Positions 36,011 through 45,524 of a DNA stretch of 64,000 bases are shown one piece after another. Both the position numbers and the translations under genes were made by a program. The DNA is taken from IMG/VR virus record IMGVR_UViG_3300049617_000306; one strand, given 5' to 3'. The stretch's first letter is position 1, and every line of letters begins with the position of its first letter. This DNA is from a virus. Below the pieces are notes generated by a model. That model ran no database searches and had not been told where the DNA came from. It worked only from the letters and a program-made list of their open reading frames with translations.

Positions 36011-36663
36011 ATCGAGCCCACACCGTCCTCGTCGCGGTCACGCCCGCCTACCAGATCTTCTGGGTTGGCTCCTGCGTTGGACACAACGGGGTAGCCGTGG
36101 TCGTTCCTGGGCACCGTGCGCGAGGGCACGATGACCTTCCCGTTAGGCAGACGCTGCACGTTCGAGCGCCTCTTGAGTTTGTTGTTCTGCGCCGGCGGCG
36201 CGTCGACCATCACAGCAGGGCTGCCCGTGTCCTCGCTGTCCGTGCCCACCATGGCCGCGGCCACGTTCCTCTCCTCGACAGTAGCGGGAACCGGACCAGG
36301 GGGCGCGTCAGGAGAGTCCTGCCCGCCAAAGAGGTACACCGTCTCCCCGTCTCTGGCTGGAAGCAGGTCGTCCTTGGGCGCAGCAAGGGTGAAGCCGCCG
36401 CCGGGCGGCTCGGTGTAGTCGTCGCCCTCAGGACTCGGCTCGTGGGGGCGCTCTTCAGAGCGCGATACAGCGGGCGCACGCATCACCGGCTTGGGCGTGC
36501 CCTTGTTCTTCACCTGCAGCTCTACTACCGCCGTCGCCGTATCGTCGTCGATGGCTGCACGTACGAGACGCCCGTTAGGCAGGCGCACGCTGAGGTAGGT
36601 CAGCGTCACGCCCTGCTCGAAGTCCATCTCCTGGGAGATGCCGGTGATGGTGCAGTCGATCAT
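36007..36663 (-). CDS. hypothetical protein
   Basis: MIDCTITG start. Confidence 0.6.
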   Translation of the reverse strand: MIDCTITGISQEMDFEQGVTLTYLSVRLPNGRLVRAAIDDDTATAVVELQVKNKGTPKPVMRAPAVSRSEERPHEPSPEGDDYTEPPGGGFTLAAPKDDLLPARDGETVYLFGGQDSPDAPPGPVPATVEERNVAAAMVGTDSEDTGSPAVMVDAPPAQNNKLKRRSNVQRLPNGKVIVPSRTVPRNDHGYPVVSNAGANPEDLVGGRDRDEDGVGSI

Positions 36664-36980
36664 CGGCTGCTTCCAGTGGGTGACGGAGGCGCCGGCTGAT
36701 TGGCACGCGCGGCGTCTGCCGACTTGACCTTGAGGTGCTTGAGCAGCTCGATGCCCTGCGACGCGAGCACGACCAGGTGCTTGCCGGTGCGGTGCACGTT
36801 GAGCAGCACCAGGCAGTGCGCCAGCTGGGTGTCGCGAAGCTCCGGGTCGGCCTGCGGCGGGGATGGCAGGTACGCCATGCAGTCGGCCCCGCACGGGCGG
36901 CGGCTGTCGAGAAAGCAGACCAGTCCCGTGTCCTCCTTGAGCTGAGGCTGCAGGACGGTGTTAGGCAGAGGGCTGTTCAC
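36660..36980 (-). CDS. Cys-containing hypothetical protein
   Basis: CFLDSRRPCGADCMAY. Confidence 0.6.
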   Translation of the reverse strand: MNSPLPNTVLQPQLKEDTGLVCFLDSRRPCGADCMAYLPSPPQADPELRDTQLAHCLVLLNVHRTGKHLVVLASQGIELLKHLKVKSADAARANQPAPPSPTGSSR

Positions 36981-37389
36981 CGCGAGCCTCCTTCTCGATG
37001 TCCGAGCGCGTCCTGGCGATGCTCTCGGCGATGGCCTTAGCGATGCCCGCGATGTAGCGCGCGAGCGTCTTCTGCACGTTGGCCAGGTTCTTGGGGGTAG
37101 GCTCCTCGAGGAAGCCCCACTTGATGAGCATCAGCCCGACTTCCTTGGCGAACGCCATGGACAGGAGCTTGCGGATCTCGAGGAAGAACTGTCGGAAGAC
37201 CATCTCCGGGTCCCCCATGCCGTGCGTGAAGTGGAAGGCAGCAAGGTCCTCGACCTTGCCCTTCCAGCTGCACACATTGCAGCTGGCGTCTCCGCCTGCG
37301 AGCGCCGACGCGGTGACGTCAGCGCTCCCGCAGGCGGAGCAGAAGAGAGCCTTGGCGTCCGGCCTTGTGCCGTCGTTGGCCGCGATCAT
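36961..37389 (-). CDS. Zn-ribbon protein
   Basis: CSACGS, CNVCSWKG. Confidence 0.65.
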   Translation of the reverse strand: MIAANDGTRPDAKALFCSACGSADVTASALAGGDASCNVCSWKGKVEDLAAFHFTHGMGDPEMVFRQFFLEIRKLLSMAFAKEVGLMLIKWGFLEEPTPKNLANVQKTLARYIAGIAKAIAESIARTRSDIEKEARGEQPSA

Positions 37390-37826
37390 ACGGGGATGAC
37401 CTTTCCGAGCTTGGAGTAGAGCTTGTTCGTCTCTTCGCGCGACCTGGGCTTCGGTGCCTCGGAGCGCTCGACCACCTTGGTCTTCATGCGACTACGCATC
37501 TTGGTCTCCTGCCAGAGCGGGCGAATGCCCATGCCGCCCTTCTTCACTTCGGACAACAGCAGCTTCATGTGCTCGTTCTGGTCTCTCTTCTTCTGCGTCT
37601 CGAGCCAGGGGAACGCGACCTTCATGTAGTCCTCGAAGACCTCCTTGCCCTTCTCCCTTGCGATGATTGTCTGCGCGAGCGCACGAAGCCGGGCGTGCTC
37701 GATTTGTTCCTTCTTGAGCACGTACAGCATGAGGATAGACTCCCGAAGAGACCCCCTTTGGGGCGGCTCGCGCAGGGACGAAAAGAGCAAGGTTGCTCTC
37801 GCCCAGCCCTCGGGGGTCTCTAGCCA
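37386..37826 (-). CDS. probable tail assembly chaperone C-terminal (T-type) frameshift extension
   Basis: -1 frame WLETPEGWARAT... overlapping the upstream stop at AGT TTT GGC TAG. Confidence 0.5.
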   Translation of the reverse strand, partial: WLETPEGWARATLLFSSLREPPQRGSLRESILMLYVLKKEQIEHARLRALAQTIIAREKGKEVFEDYMKVAFPWLETQKKRDQNEHMKLLLSEVKKGGMGIRPLWQETKMRSRMKTKVVERSEAPKPRSREETNKLYSKLGKVIPV

Positions 37827-39070
37827 AAACTGATCTTCTCCGCGACGAAGAGCTTGCGCACACGCACGTCGAACCAGAAGTAGTTGACGCCGATGGAGGC
37901 AAGCATGTGGAAGGGGTACTGGGAGACCTTCTCGAACTTCACCCAGAAGGCCTCCTCGTTGAACTTACCGTCCTTGTCCTGGTGCGACGGCATCGGGTTG
38001 CCGTTGATGGCGCGAAGCCCGATAGTGACGGCCATGAGCGAGAACTTGTCGAGCAGGTAGCGCTCGCTCACCTCGACGCCCTTGGACTCGAGCATGATGA
38101 GCTGCTTGATGGCCAGGTCCTCGCCGCCGGTCATCGACTGGAACTCGGGCTCGAACTTGCCGGGGATGACGGGCACACGCTGGGTCACGAACCCCTTCAT
38201 GATGAGGTCCGTGATGTCGAGAGGCGTGCAGCGCTTCTCGATGATGTCGCGCTGCTCCTCGTTGTTGATGATGTCCTTCATCATCATCTCGCGGAAGGTG
38301 TTGAAGTCGAAGTCGTCGAGCTTCTTCACCGCGTCCACGATGTTCTTCTGGCTCGCCTGCGGGTCGGACTGAGGTCCGTCGGAGGGTGCGTTGCCCAGAC
38401 GTCCAGCCGCCCCTGCGACACCACCCGCTGCTTCACGCTCGATGCGCGAATCCTCGCTCTCGGCGCTGGCGCGCACGCCCTGCAGATCTTGGATGGCCTT
38501 GAGACCCTCCACCGTCTCCGGCTTCAGCCCCTTGTTCGGACGGCCCAGCGCCTGCGGAGCTATGCGCTGACCGTTGCGGATGACGCCGTACTTACGTGCA
38601 AGCTCGGGCTGCGAGCTCGCGTACATCGCACCCTGTCCCTCGCGGAAGTCGGGGTCCTTGCGTGCCTCCTCCGGCAGGATGTCGATGGGCAGGAGGCCCA
38701 CGGAGGGTCCGGGACGTACCGTGTTGCTGGGCAGGGTCGCGGAGGGCGGCGCGGGCTCCTGGAACAGGCTCCCGCGTGGCGCAGGCTGTGGAGCACGGGG
38801 CGGCCCCTCGGCGGCAGCACGGTGCATGTTGGCGTTGTCCGACATGGTCAGGCCCGACTCCGAGGGCGAGTCGAGACGAGGGATGGGCGGAGTCGGCCCG
38901 CCCGCTACGGGAGTGTTGTACTTCGGTGCACGGCGAGCGGCAGCTGCGGCTGCGTACCGCATGGCTGCGGGGTCGGTCACGCCAGGTGCCACACGCGGGG
39001 GACCGAAGCTCGCGGTGTTCTCCTGCGTGGGAGGGCCCTTCACGGGCAGGTCGGGGTAGCGCTTGGCCAT
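37820..39070 (-). CDS. probable tail assembly chaperone (G-type)
   Basis: Pro-rich N-terminus; C-domain GFVTQRVPVI...FQSMTGGE...GLRAING. Confidence 0.5.
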   Translation of the reverse strand: MAKRYPDLPVKGPPTQENTASFGPPRVAPGVTDPAAMRYAAAAAARRAPKYNTPVAGGPTPPIPRLDSPSESGLTMSDNANMHRAAAEGPPRAPQPAPRGSLFQEPAPPSATLPSNTVRPGPSVGLLPIDILPEEARKDPDFREGQGAMYASSQPELARKYGVIRNGQRIAPQALGRPNKGLKPETVEGLKAIQDLQGVRASAESEDSRIEREAAGGVAGAAGRLGNAPSDGPQSDPQASQKNIVDAVKKLDDFDFNTFREMMMKDIINNEEQRDIIEKRCTPLDITDLIMKGFVTQRVPVIPGKFEPEFQSMTGGEDLAIKQLIMLESKGVEVSERYLLDKFSLMAVTIGLRAINGNPMPSHQDKDGKFNEEAFWVKFEKVSQYPFHMLASIGVNYFWFDVRVRKLFVAEKISFG

Positions 39071-39121
39071 GGTCTCCTTAGGTGGAGTACAACGTGATGC
39101 CACGCTGCCCTCCGTTGAGTA

Positions 39122-39158
39122 GCTAGAAAAAAGGCGCCCGTCAACATGACGAGCGCCT
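39122..39158 (-). terminator. hairpin followed by a T-run and CTAGC
   Basis: AGGCGCTCGTCA/TGACGGGCGCCT stem. Confidence 0.7.
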
Positions 39159-39163
39159 GGGGT

Positions 39164-39637
39164 CTACTTCTGCATGTCCTGGACGAGTACGGTCAGTACA
39201 TCGATGGATGTCAGCTTCATCGTCTCCACGGACACGTCGGTCGCGAGGATGACGTTCTTGAGCCTCGGCGGCGGGTCGTGCATCGCCGCCAGCTCGCCAG
39301 CCAGGTAGATGAACGGGCCGCGCGCAAGGACGTTCTCGCGCAGGCGGAAGAAGGCGTTGGGCAGGAAGAGGTCCTTGATGAGTCTTCCCTGCAGTACCAG
39401 TACTGCATCGGCGGGAGCCAGAACGAGCTCAGAGATGCGGATGCGCGTGTAGGTGATGCAGTCGACGCGTCTCTTGTAGTCGATGGTGATGTTGCGGCAC
39501 CAGCCACGTGCGCCTGAAAAGCCGCTGCAGAGCAGCTCTACTCGGTTGGAATCTTGGTCCAGCCCTTCGGCCCCACCGGCGGGGGCGGGTCCGGGACCTT
39601 CACGACCTTCATCTTGCAGCGCTTGCATACGGGGCAC
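39164..39637 (-). CDS. hypothetical protein (start uncertain)
   Basis: coding-like C-terminal ~120 aa. Confidence 0.4.
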   Translation of the reverse strand: MPRMQALQDEGREGPGPAPAGGAEGLDQDSNRVELLCSGFSGARGWCRNITIDYKRRVDCITYTRIRISELVLAPADAVLVLQGRLIKDLFLPNAFFRLRENVLARGPFIYLAGELAAMHDPPPRLKNVILATDVSVETMKLTSIDVLTVLVQDMQK

Positions 39638-39792
39638 CTTCCCAAGAAGGGGTGGGTAGCGTCTTCAGGGATGATCATCCCAAGCGTCCAGCCAGCGCTC
39701 ATCGCCTGCTCGACGATCTGCTTGCCGTTGCACCCCGGATGGGTGCACTCCAGTCGGTACTCCACGAAGAGCGGACTGTGTAGCTTGGGCAT
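39538..39792 (-). CDS. Zn-binding small protein
   Basis: CTHPGC, CPVC. Confidence 0.55.
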   Translation of the reverse strand: MPKLHSPLFVEYRLECTHPGCNGKQIVEQAMSAGWTLGMIIPEDATHPFLGRCPVCKRCKMKVVKVPDPPPPVGPKGWTKIPTE

Positions 39793-40213
39793 GGTACGCG
39801 TGAACCGCCTCTCGGACCGCCTCGAAGTACGAGGGGCTGCCTGGATTGTACGCCCGTAGCCAGCCGAGGTCTTGGCAATCGGTGCGGCAGCTGGCGCGGA
39901 AGTGCGCGAGCACCTCGCCCATGCGACGGATGTTTCGGTGAGGGTCGAGCAGCGGGACAATCGAGCCGCGCCTGCAGGGCACATTGATCTGCCCGAGACC
40001 CACCGAGCAGCTGCCGTCGTGTTCGTGGCGGATCTCGAGAGGAGACCAGCGTGTCTCGCGGTGAATGATGGCCTGAAAGATCCAGGGGTCAAGGTGCCTG
40101 GCTTCAGCCTCTTCTGCCACCCACCTAGCGTACGTCCGAGCGGTCTGGTGTTCCAACGACGACCGTGTCCCCAGGATGGCCGTGTACAGGGCGAGCACGA
40201 GACTTGGTAGCAT
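39665..40213 (-). CDS. lytic transglycosylase (SLT domain)
   Basis: LDPWIFQAIIHRET, GLGQIN, AYNPG; hydrophobic N-terminus. Confidence 0.85.
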   Translation of the reverse strand: MLPSLVLALYTAILGTRSSLEHQTARTYARWVAEEAEARHLDPWIFQAIIHRETRWSPLEIRHEHDGSCSVGLGQINVPCRRGSIVPLLDPHRNIRRMGEVLAHFRASCRTDCQDLGWLRAYNPGSPSYFEAVREAVHAYHAQATQSALRGVPTGVHPSGVQRQADRRAGDERWLDAWDDHP

Positions 40214-40490
40214 CCGCGACCTCCGAGAGCTTGACGACTTGTTGTAGAACCTCCCGCTTGGTGAGCTCACGCCCGGCCTCTGCAGGACCGAGGACGACCT
40301 TGCCCTCGATGAGGCCGATGCGAAGAGCTTCGTCGGACATGGTGAGCAGTGCCTTGAGCTCGTCCTGGATGCGCGCGCGCAGCCGGGAAGCCACGAGGTG
40401 GCACGTCTCGCAGACGTAGACCCCGAGAAAGACCTGCGCCTTCTCGGGGTCTACGGGTTGCCGGCAGTTCATGCAGGGGAGACCGGCCAC
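40125..40490 (-). CDS. Zn-binding hypothetical protein
   Basis: CMNC, VCETC. Confidence 0.6.
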   Translation of the reverse strand: MAGLPCMNCRQPVDPEKAQVFLGVYVCETCHLVASRLRARIQDELKALLTMSDEALRIGLIEGKVVLGPAEAGRELTKREVLQQVVKLSEVADATKSRARPVHGHPGDTVVVGTPDRSDVR

Positions 40491-40711
40491 TTCACCTCTC
40501 CGTCGTAAACGACTGACTTCACGATGCGCGCGTCCATAGTAAGCACCGCGGCGCTAACGTTGACCAGTACGAGCTTTCCCGTCTTGTCCCAGCCCGAGAG
40601 CCTGATGAGGTTCTCGAGGGTACCTCGTGGCATGTCCGGGAAGACGTACTTCGCACCGAGGTGCGTCGTGACGACAACCTCGACGAGGTCAGTTTCCGCT
40701 GTCGACGCCAT
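40469..40711 (-). CDS. hypothetical protein
   Basis: 80 aa. Confidence 0.55.
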   Translation of the reverse strand: MASTAETDLVEVVVTTHLGAKYVFPDMPRGTLENLIRLSGWDKTGKLVLVNVSAAVLTMDARIVKSVVYDGEVKWPVSPA

Positions 40712-41228
40712 CGTCCGTCCCCGTACGCTGTGGCAGGACGCGGATGGTCGCCGGGGACTTGCGCGTGGCGCGCTTCTGGTTCTCCGTCAGGCTGTCGGCC
40801 ACCGCCTTGAGCAGCGCCTCTTGCTCGAAGCCTGCAGCGTCGGCTGCGACCTTCGCGTTGAGGTCGGAGAAGCGAGAACGCACAGCGAAGATGAACTGGT
40901 CCATCATCGCGTCGGCGACGTGTGCGTGCGCGGTGCAGAAGACCGGGGGCAGCATCATGTCGACACGGCGCGAGTAGCGCGGGGGCGCCGCGAAGTAGTT
41001 GCGCAGCCAGTCCCACGCACCGCGGCCGCGCTCGAGCACGGGTGCAGGGTACTTGGCGATCTCCCCGCAGACGCACTTGGGCTGGGCATCGAACTCCGCC
41101 CGTGCAATCTCCTCGGCCACCGCGGCTTCCACCTTCGACGGGCGACGCCCCGAGCGCAGAGCCTTGATGAGAACGAAGGCGACGCAGGCGATGAGGAAGA
41201 TCAACCCGTAGCTTTGCCAGTAATCCAT
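40689..41228 (-). CDS. membrane-anchored protein with Zn motif
   Basis: N-terminal TM; CVCG, FCTAH. Confidence 0.65.
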   Translation of the reverse strand: MDYWQSYGLIFLIACVAFVLIKALRSGRRPSKVEAAVAEEIARAEFDAQPKCVCGEIAKYPAPVLERGRGAWDWLRNYFAAPPRYSRRVDMMLPPVFCTAHAHVADAMMDQFIFAVRSRFSDLNAKVAADAAGFEQEALLKAVADSLTENQKRATRKSPATIRVLPQRTGTDDGVDSGN

Positions 41229-41590
41229 GATGCGAGCTCCTGTCTTGAGTCTGCGGGATCGTGGGATAGTAGAACCTTCCGGTCCCTACGCAAGTGTTCT
41301 TCTGCCTCTATCTTGTCCATAAGGACGCGAAGGCTTCGCAGGTGTTGTTCTAGCTCGTCCCGCAAGTACCCGGTGTCGGGGGTGATGCTGTCGAGGGCGA
41401 GCTGCGCGAAGTTCTCCGCGCGGCGCAGCTGTAGCAGCACGTAGAACTGCTTGTCGTCGTGAAGCTGCTGAATGCAGCGAAAGAAGTCGAGGTCCACCTC
41501 GTTGCGGCGGCAGATCTCTTCGAACGAGCAGCTCAGGAAGTGGGCGAGCTTCAAGAGCTTCTCCGCCTGCTCGAGCTGGGACAACGTCAT
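41201..41590 (-). CDS. hypothetical protein
   Basis: MTLSQLEQ start. Confidence 0.55.
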   Translation of the reverse strand: MTLSQLEQAEKLLKLAHFLSCSFEEICRRNEVDLDFFRCIQQLHDDKQFYVLLQLRRAENFAQLALDSITPDTGYLRDELEQHLRSLRVLMDKIEAEEHLRRDRKVLLSHDPADSRQELASWITGKATG

Positions 41591-41982
41591 GGCGCGAAGT
41601 ACTCCGCGACGGGGGTCCACCCGAGTAGCGCGGCCGGGTCGGGGGTGACCAAGATGTTCACCGCCTTGGGCGCGCGCTGCGAGACCACCTGCAGCACGTC
41701 GGCCTGGCATATGGGGCGAGAAACGAACTGCAGGAAGTAGCGCATCTCGGGGGGCCAGGTCTTCGGGAAGTTGGTGCCGGGCAGCAGGGGCTGCGCCGGG
41801 TCCTGCCACTGAATCCACAGGCTCGAGCGGGTGATGCCGTTGGCCTGCTCGATCTGCTGCAAGAAGGCGTTGAGCGCGAACGCCATCTCCTGGTTCATGC
41901 GCCCATCGAGTCCGCGCGTACCACGCTGGGCGAACGCGATGAGGGCTTCATACTGTTCTTGGGTCAGAGTGAAAGTCGCCAT
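41587..41982 (-). CDS. hypothetical protein (leaderless start)
   Basis: TAGTCT-N6-ATG. Confidence 0.6.
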   Translation of the reverse strand: MATFTLTQEQYEALIAFAQRGTRGLDGRMNQEMAFALNAFLQQIEQANGITRSSLWIQWQDPAQPLLPGTNFPKTWPPEMRYFLQFVSRPICQADVLQVVSQRAPKAVNILVTPDPAALLGWTPVAEYFAP

Positions 41983-41994
41983 GGCAGAAGACTA

Positions 41995-42771
41995 CTACTT
42001 CTTGCCGATGAGGCGCAGCTGCTCCTGCTGCAGCTGGAAGGCCTCGTGCACCTTGTCCCCTGTCAGCCGCTCCAGGTCCTCGAGCGTGCCGTGGTTGAAA
42101 AGAAAGGTCGAGAACAGCGCCGGGTCGATCTCGTTCTGTTCTGTTTCACTCTGGTGCGCCCCGGCCTCTCCCATGAGACCAGCGCCAGAACGCTCGAGGC
42201 GCCAGACGTAACCGCCAGCCGCGCGAATGGCCAACACCTCGTTCCTGAAGCGTACGTCCGAGATGACGACACCCAGGGGCAGGCGGTCCACTTCCGGGAT
42301 GCCCACGTAGGTCAAGGTCTCGTCGTAGCAGAGCCCCGTCTGCGGGGTGTACCGGAAGACCCGTTCGCCACGGCTGTAATCCTTGCGCAGCAGCTGGTTG
42401 GCCGTGCGCATGGCGTACTCGACCCAGATGTCCGGGTAGCAGCGCCTGCCCACCTCGGTGCCCATGATCTGCAGAGCCTGGCGCGGCGTGAGCCAGCCGC
42501 TGCGTGCGTAACCAGCAGCGACCTCCGGCGTCGTGTTCTTGTGCTCTTCGTAGGCCTTGGCGTAGCCCTCGCTGATGAAATACCGCAGGTCCGGCTGGTT
42601 GCGCAGCTCACTCGGCCCCCAAAGCTGGCGGTCGGTGAAGGCGAACCAGTCCTTGGCCGCGCGCTTGATGGGGTCCGCGAGCGCGACTTTCACGAAGCCG
42701 TGGTCGCGTACGAGAAAGTCGGCGACGGTGTCCTTGCCGCTACCGGCCTGTCCGCAGAGCCCGATGATCAT
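41995..42771 (-). CDS. deoxynucleoside monophosphate kinase
   Basis: IIGLCGQAGSGKDT, LADPIK, RQALQIMGTEVGR, ISDVRFRNE, HQSE. Confidence 0.92.
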   Translation of the reverse strand: MIIGLCGQAGSGKDTVADFLVRDHGFVKVALADPIKRAAKDWFAFTDRQLWGPSELRNQPDLRYFISEGYAKAYEEHKNTTPEVAAGYARSGWLTPRQALQIMGTEVGRRCYPDIWVEYAMRTANQLLRKDYSRGERVFRYTPQTGLCYDETLTYVGIPEVDRLPLGVVISDVRFRNEVLAIRAAGGYVWRLERSGAGLMGEAGAHQSETEQNEIDPALFSTFLFNHGTLEDLERLTGDKVHEAFQLQQEQLRLIGKK

Positions 42772-43052
42772 TCCCGGACCCTCCTCTGGAACAAGTGCCA
42801 GACGTTCGGTCCAGTGAAGAACGTGCCCATGTGCCCGAGGTAGGTGTACCGCTCCTCGCGCTGCTCCTGGCCGGTGGCGTACACCTCGAAGTCGTAGGAC
42901 ACCATCGGCGCCGTGGTGTCGACGCTGGCCCAGATGAACGCGTCCTGCCCCTGAAACGCGACGTGCAGGAAGTCAGAGCGCGCGGGCATCATAACGCGCA
43001 CGTCGGTGGCGTCCTCCGGCATCTCCAGCTTGTACTTGTGGACGGTCATCAT
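42768..43052 (-). CDS. conserved phage protein
   Basis: VHKYKL...IWASVD...TGQ...YLG...VWHLF. Confidence 0.65.
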   Translation of the reverse strand: MMTVHKYKLEMPEDATDVRVMMPARSDFLHVAFQGQDAFIWASVDTTAPMVSYDFEVYATGQEQREERYTYLGHMGTFFTGPNVWHLFQRRVRE

Positions 43053-43333
43053 AGGCCGTCCCAGATCTTATTCAGGTTGATGAGCTCATTGAGCCCGAAC
43101 GGGGCTTCGCGCGTGAAGCGCTGACGTCGGACGCCGTCGGGCCACTCGACGTAGTCCGTCCAGGAGTCCTCCTTGCGGGAGTCCTGCTGGAGCGGCCGCG
43201 TGAACGACTTCCTGTGCGTCAGCGAGTAGTAGACGACGTCGATGTCACCGTTACGGTTGTGCGTCTCGACCGTGAACAACAGCAAGTACATCCCGCCCTT
43301 GTAGTGGACGTAGTGCTCCATCTCGCGTCCCAT
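43049..43333 (-). CDS. DUF1653-family protein
   Basis: YVHYKGGMY...VVYYSL...FTRP...QRF. Confidence 0.75.
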   Translation of the reverse strand: MGREMEHYVHYKGGMYLLLFTVETHNRNGDIDVVYYSLTHRKSFTRPLQQDSRKEDSWTDYVEWPDGVRRQRFTREAPFGLNELINLNKIWDGL

Positions 43334-43851
43334 CAGTGTCCTCCTGGCAGCCCGCAGTGCTGGCACGGCGTGACCTTGTAGCGCCGCGAGCCTGGGGTGA
43401 ACTGCTCCCACTCAATGCTAGCCCTCGTAAACAGGACGAGGGCAGACCGGTCACGGTAGTCGATGTCGTAGTAGACCTTCACCACACCACCCAGATTGAT
43501 GAGCCGCTTGGCGCACATCACGCAGGGCAGGTGCGTGCAGAACACGATCTTCGGCGTGGCGCGCGGCACGTCGCAGTTGATGGCTGCGTTCTCCTCGGCG
43601 TGCAGGCAGCCGCAGTTGCCGACAGCCTCAGCGCCATGGCGGTCGCAGTCGTTCTTGTCGCCCGAGGCACCGCCGTTGTAGCCAACGGCCACGATCTTCC
43701 TGAAGTCCGGGCTGGAGATGACGCAGCCCACGCGCATCGCTGCACCCGCAGAGTTCTTGCGGGCGCACGTCGAGCGCTCGCTCATCTTGTGGGCGAGCTC
43801 CATGTAGATGTCCAGGAACGACGGGCGCTCCTTCTTTTGCTCTTCCATCAC
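43333..43851 (-). CDS. dCMP deaminase
   Basis: RSTC, VGYNG, HAEENA, PCVMC. Confidence 0.92.
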   Translation of the reverse strand: MMEEQKKERPSFLDIYMELAHKMSERSTCARKNSAGAAMRVGCVISSPDFRKIVAVGYNGGASGDKNDCDRHGAEAVGNCGCLHAEENAAINCDVPRATPKIVFCTHLPCVMCAKRLINLGGVVKVYYDIDYRDRSALVLFTRASIEWEQFTPGSRRYKVTPCQHCGLPGGH

Positions 43852-44153
43852 ACGCCTCTTGCGTTGAGGACGTCTCGCATCAGCTCCTTGGCGTAGTCAC
43901 AAGCCTTTCGCTGGATGCGCCACCCGTGCTGATGCCCCGAGTACGACAAGCCGAAGACTTCTCGGCGTGTGTACGTCTTGTCGAAGTACTTCTTCTGCCC
44001 GTCCTTGAGCGTCCACTCGACGCGGACGGTAAACTCGCCATCGGGTTGCGCGGTGAACGTGACGTCCGTGGCGTAGGTCGCCCGACGGATGCGGTCTGTC
44101 CAGCCCCGCAGGTTGTTACGAAGACCCTGGAGAAGAACGGTTCCGCGGTCCAT
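43848..44153 (-). CDS. hypothetical protein
   Basis: 101 aa. Confidence 0.55.
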   Translation of the reverse strand: MDRGTVLLQGLRNNLRGWTDRIRRATYATDVTFTAQPDGEFTVRVEWTLKDGQKKYFDKTYTRREVFGLSYSGHQHGWRIQRKACDYAKELMRDVLNARGV

Positions 44154-44163
44154 ACTGCCTCCC

Positions 44164-44616
44164 GTGCAAGGCCGAGACTACTACCGCTCCGAGCGGTTCA
44201 TCCACGACGACCTCGCGCGCTCGGCCTCGGCACTGGTCGAGCAGGTGCGCAAGGACTGGCGCAAGGACCGCAAGGTCGAGAGCATGGCCTTTTCCTGGCC
44301 GGCGCGCACCATCAAGGCCGACGGCGGGGGCAAGATCAACCACTTCGTAGTCATGGCCATCCCGCAAGACATGGACGAGGCGGGAAGACTCGAAGCGTTG
44401 AAGCGCATGGTCGCGCGCACCGAGGCCTACGCCATCGCGCTGACCGAGCGTCGGGGCGATGAGCTCAGGGTTCTGTTCGAGTCGCACCATGGCGCTCGAG
44501 CGTGGGTGATTCCGCTCAAGCGCCATGGAGACCTACTCGTTCCTGGCCCCACCCAGGTGCGAGACAACATGGAGTGCCTGGGGCTACTGTGGAGCCCGCA
44601 CCAGGGGCAGAGCTAG
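44164..44616 (+). CDS. hypothetical protein
   Basis: GTG start VQGRDYY after CATACT-N7. Confidence 0.55.
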   Translation: MQGRDYYRSERFIHDDLARSASALVEQVRKDWRKDRKVESMAFSWPARTIKADGGGKINHFVVMAIPQDMDEAGRLEALKRMVARTEAYAIALTERRGDELRVLFESHHGARAWVIPLKRHGDLLVPGPTQVRDNMECLGLLWSPHQGQS

Positions 44617-45524
44617 GACGCCGACGGCTGTCCGGGGATCGGCAGGCCCGCAGCACGCGCAGCCTTGACCAGGCGCTCGTGCTGGGCGAGCTCCTCGGGG
44701 GTCAGCTCCACCGGGGCGTCGTTCACTTCGTTGGTTTGGATGCGCGGGGGTACCACGGGGAATGTCGCGCCGAGCGCTGTCGCCACCGGGATGCGGGGGG
44801 CGATGCCAGGCGAAGCGATGACCTCGCGGGGGGTGAGCGCCGGGGAGGGCTCGGGCTCCGCACTAGATTCGGACGTGGGCTCCGAAGCCGCGGCCGCGGC
44901 AGTCTTCGACGCCGACGACGGCGTGCGCAACACGCGGGCCACCGTAGCCGGCTTGGGGTCGCTCGTGGTACTAACCGCAGCCAGTTCCTCCGCGGTGTTC
45001 TTCGCGAACGAGGCGTGCGCCAGCTCGTAGGTGCGCTGCTCGAGAGCGTTGAGCTTGCGGCCGCTGAGGGCAGCGATGACCAGGCCCGTCGAGTTCTGAC
45101 GCACCGTGGTGGCATCGTCGCGCAGCAGCGAGGGGGCCACCGCGATGACCGGCTCACGCACGACCTTCGCGAAGGTGGGGCGGGAAGCGGGCGCAGGAGG
45201 CGGGGTGCTCTTCTTCGCCGCGGGCTGCTTTGCCGGCTTGGCGGGCTTCGCGACCGTCTCGGTCTTGGGAGCCTTGGCAGCCGCCTTCGTCGCCGCGACC
45301 TTGGGCTTCTTCGCGGCTGCGGTCTTGGCCGGCTTGGGGGTCTTGCCCTTGGAGGCGGCGCCTTCCTTGGCGAAGTGCTTGTTGGCCAATTCGTGCGCGT
45401 GCTCGCGGTCGGACGTCGTCCAGTCGGTCTTGCCGATGGAACGCCGCGCCCCCGTGAGGCCAGCGTACTTGCCGTCCTTCAGGTTCTGGGCGAAGCGTTC
45501 GACGGTGAGCTTCTCGTAGTGCAT
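44613..45524 (-). CDS. histone H1-like Lys/Ala/Pro-rich protein
   Basis: KPAKTAAAKKPKVAATKAAAKAPK; AAGGAG SD. Confidence 0.6.
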   Translation of the reverse strand: MHYEKLTVERFAQNLKDGKYAGLTGARRSIGKTDWTTSDREHAHELANKHFAKEGAASKGKTPKPAKTAAAKKPKVAATKAAAKAPKTETVAKPAKPAKQPAAKKSTPPPAPASRPTFAKVVREPVIAVAPSLLRDDATTVRQNSTGLVIAALSGRKLNALEQRTYELAHASFAKNTAEELAAVSTTSDPKPATVARVLRTPSSASKTAAAAASEPTSESSAEPEPSPALTPREVIASPGIAPRIPVATALGATFPVVPPRIQTNEVNDAPVELTPEELAQHERLVKAARAAGLPIPGQPSAS

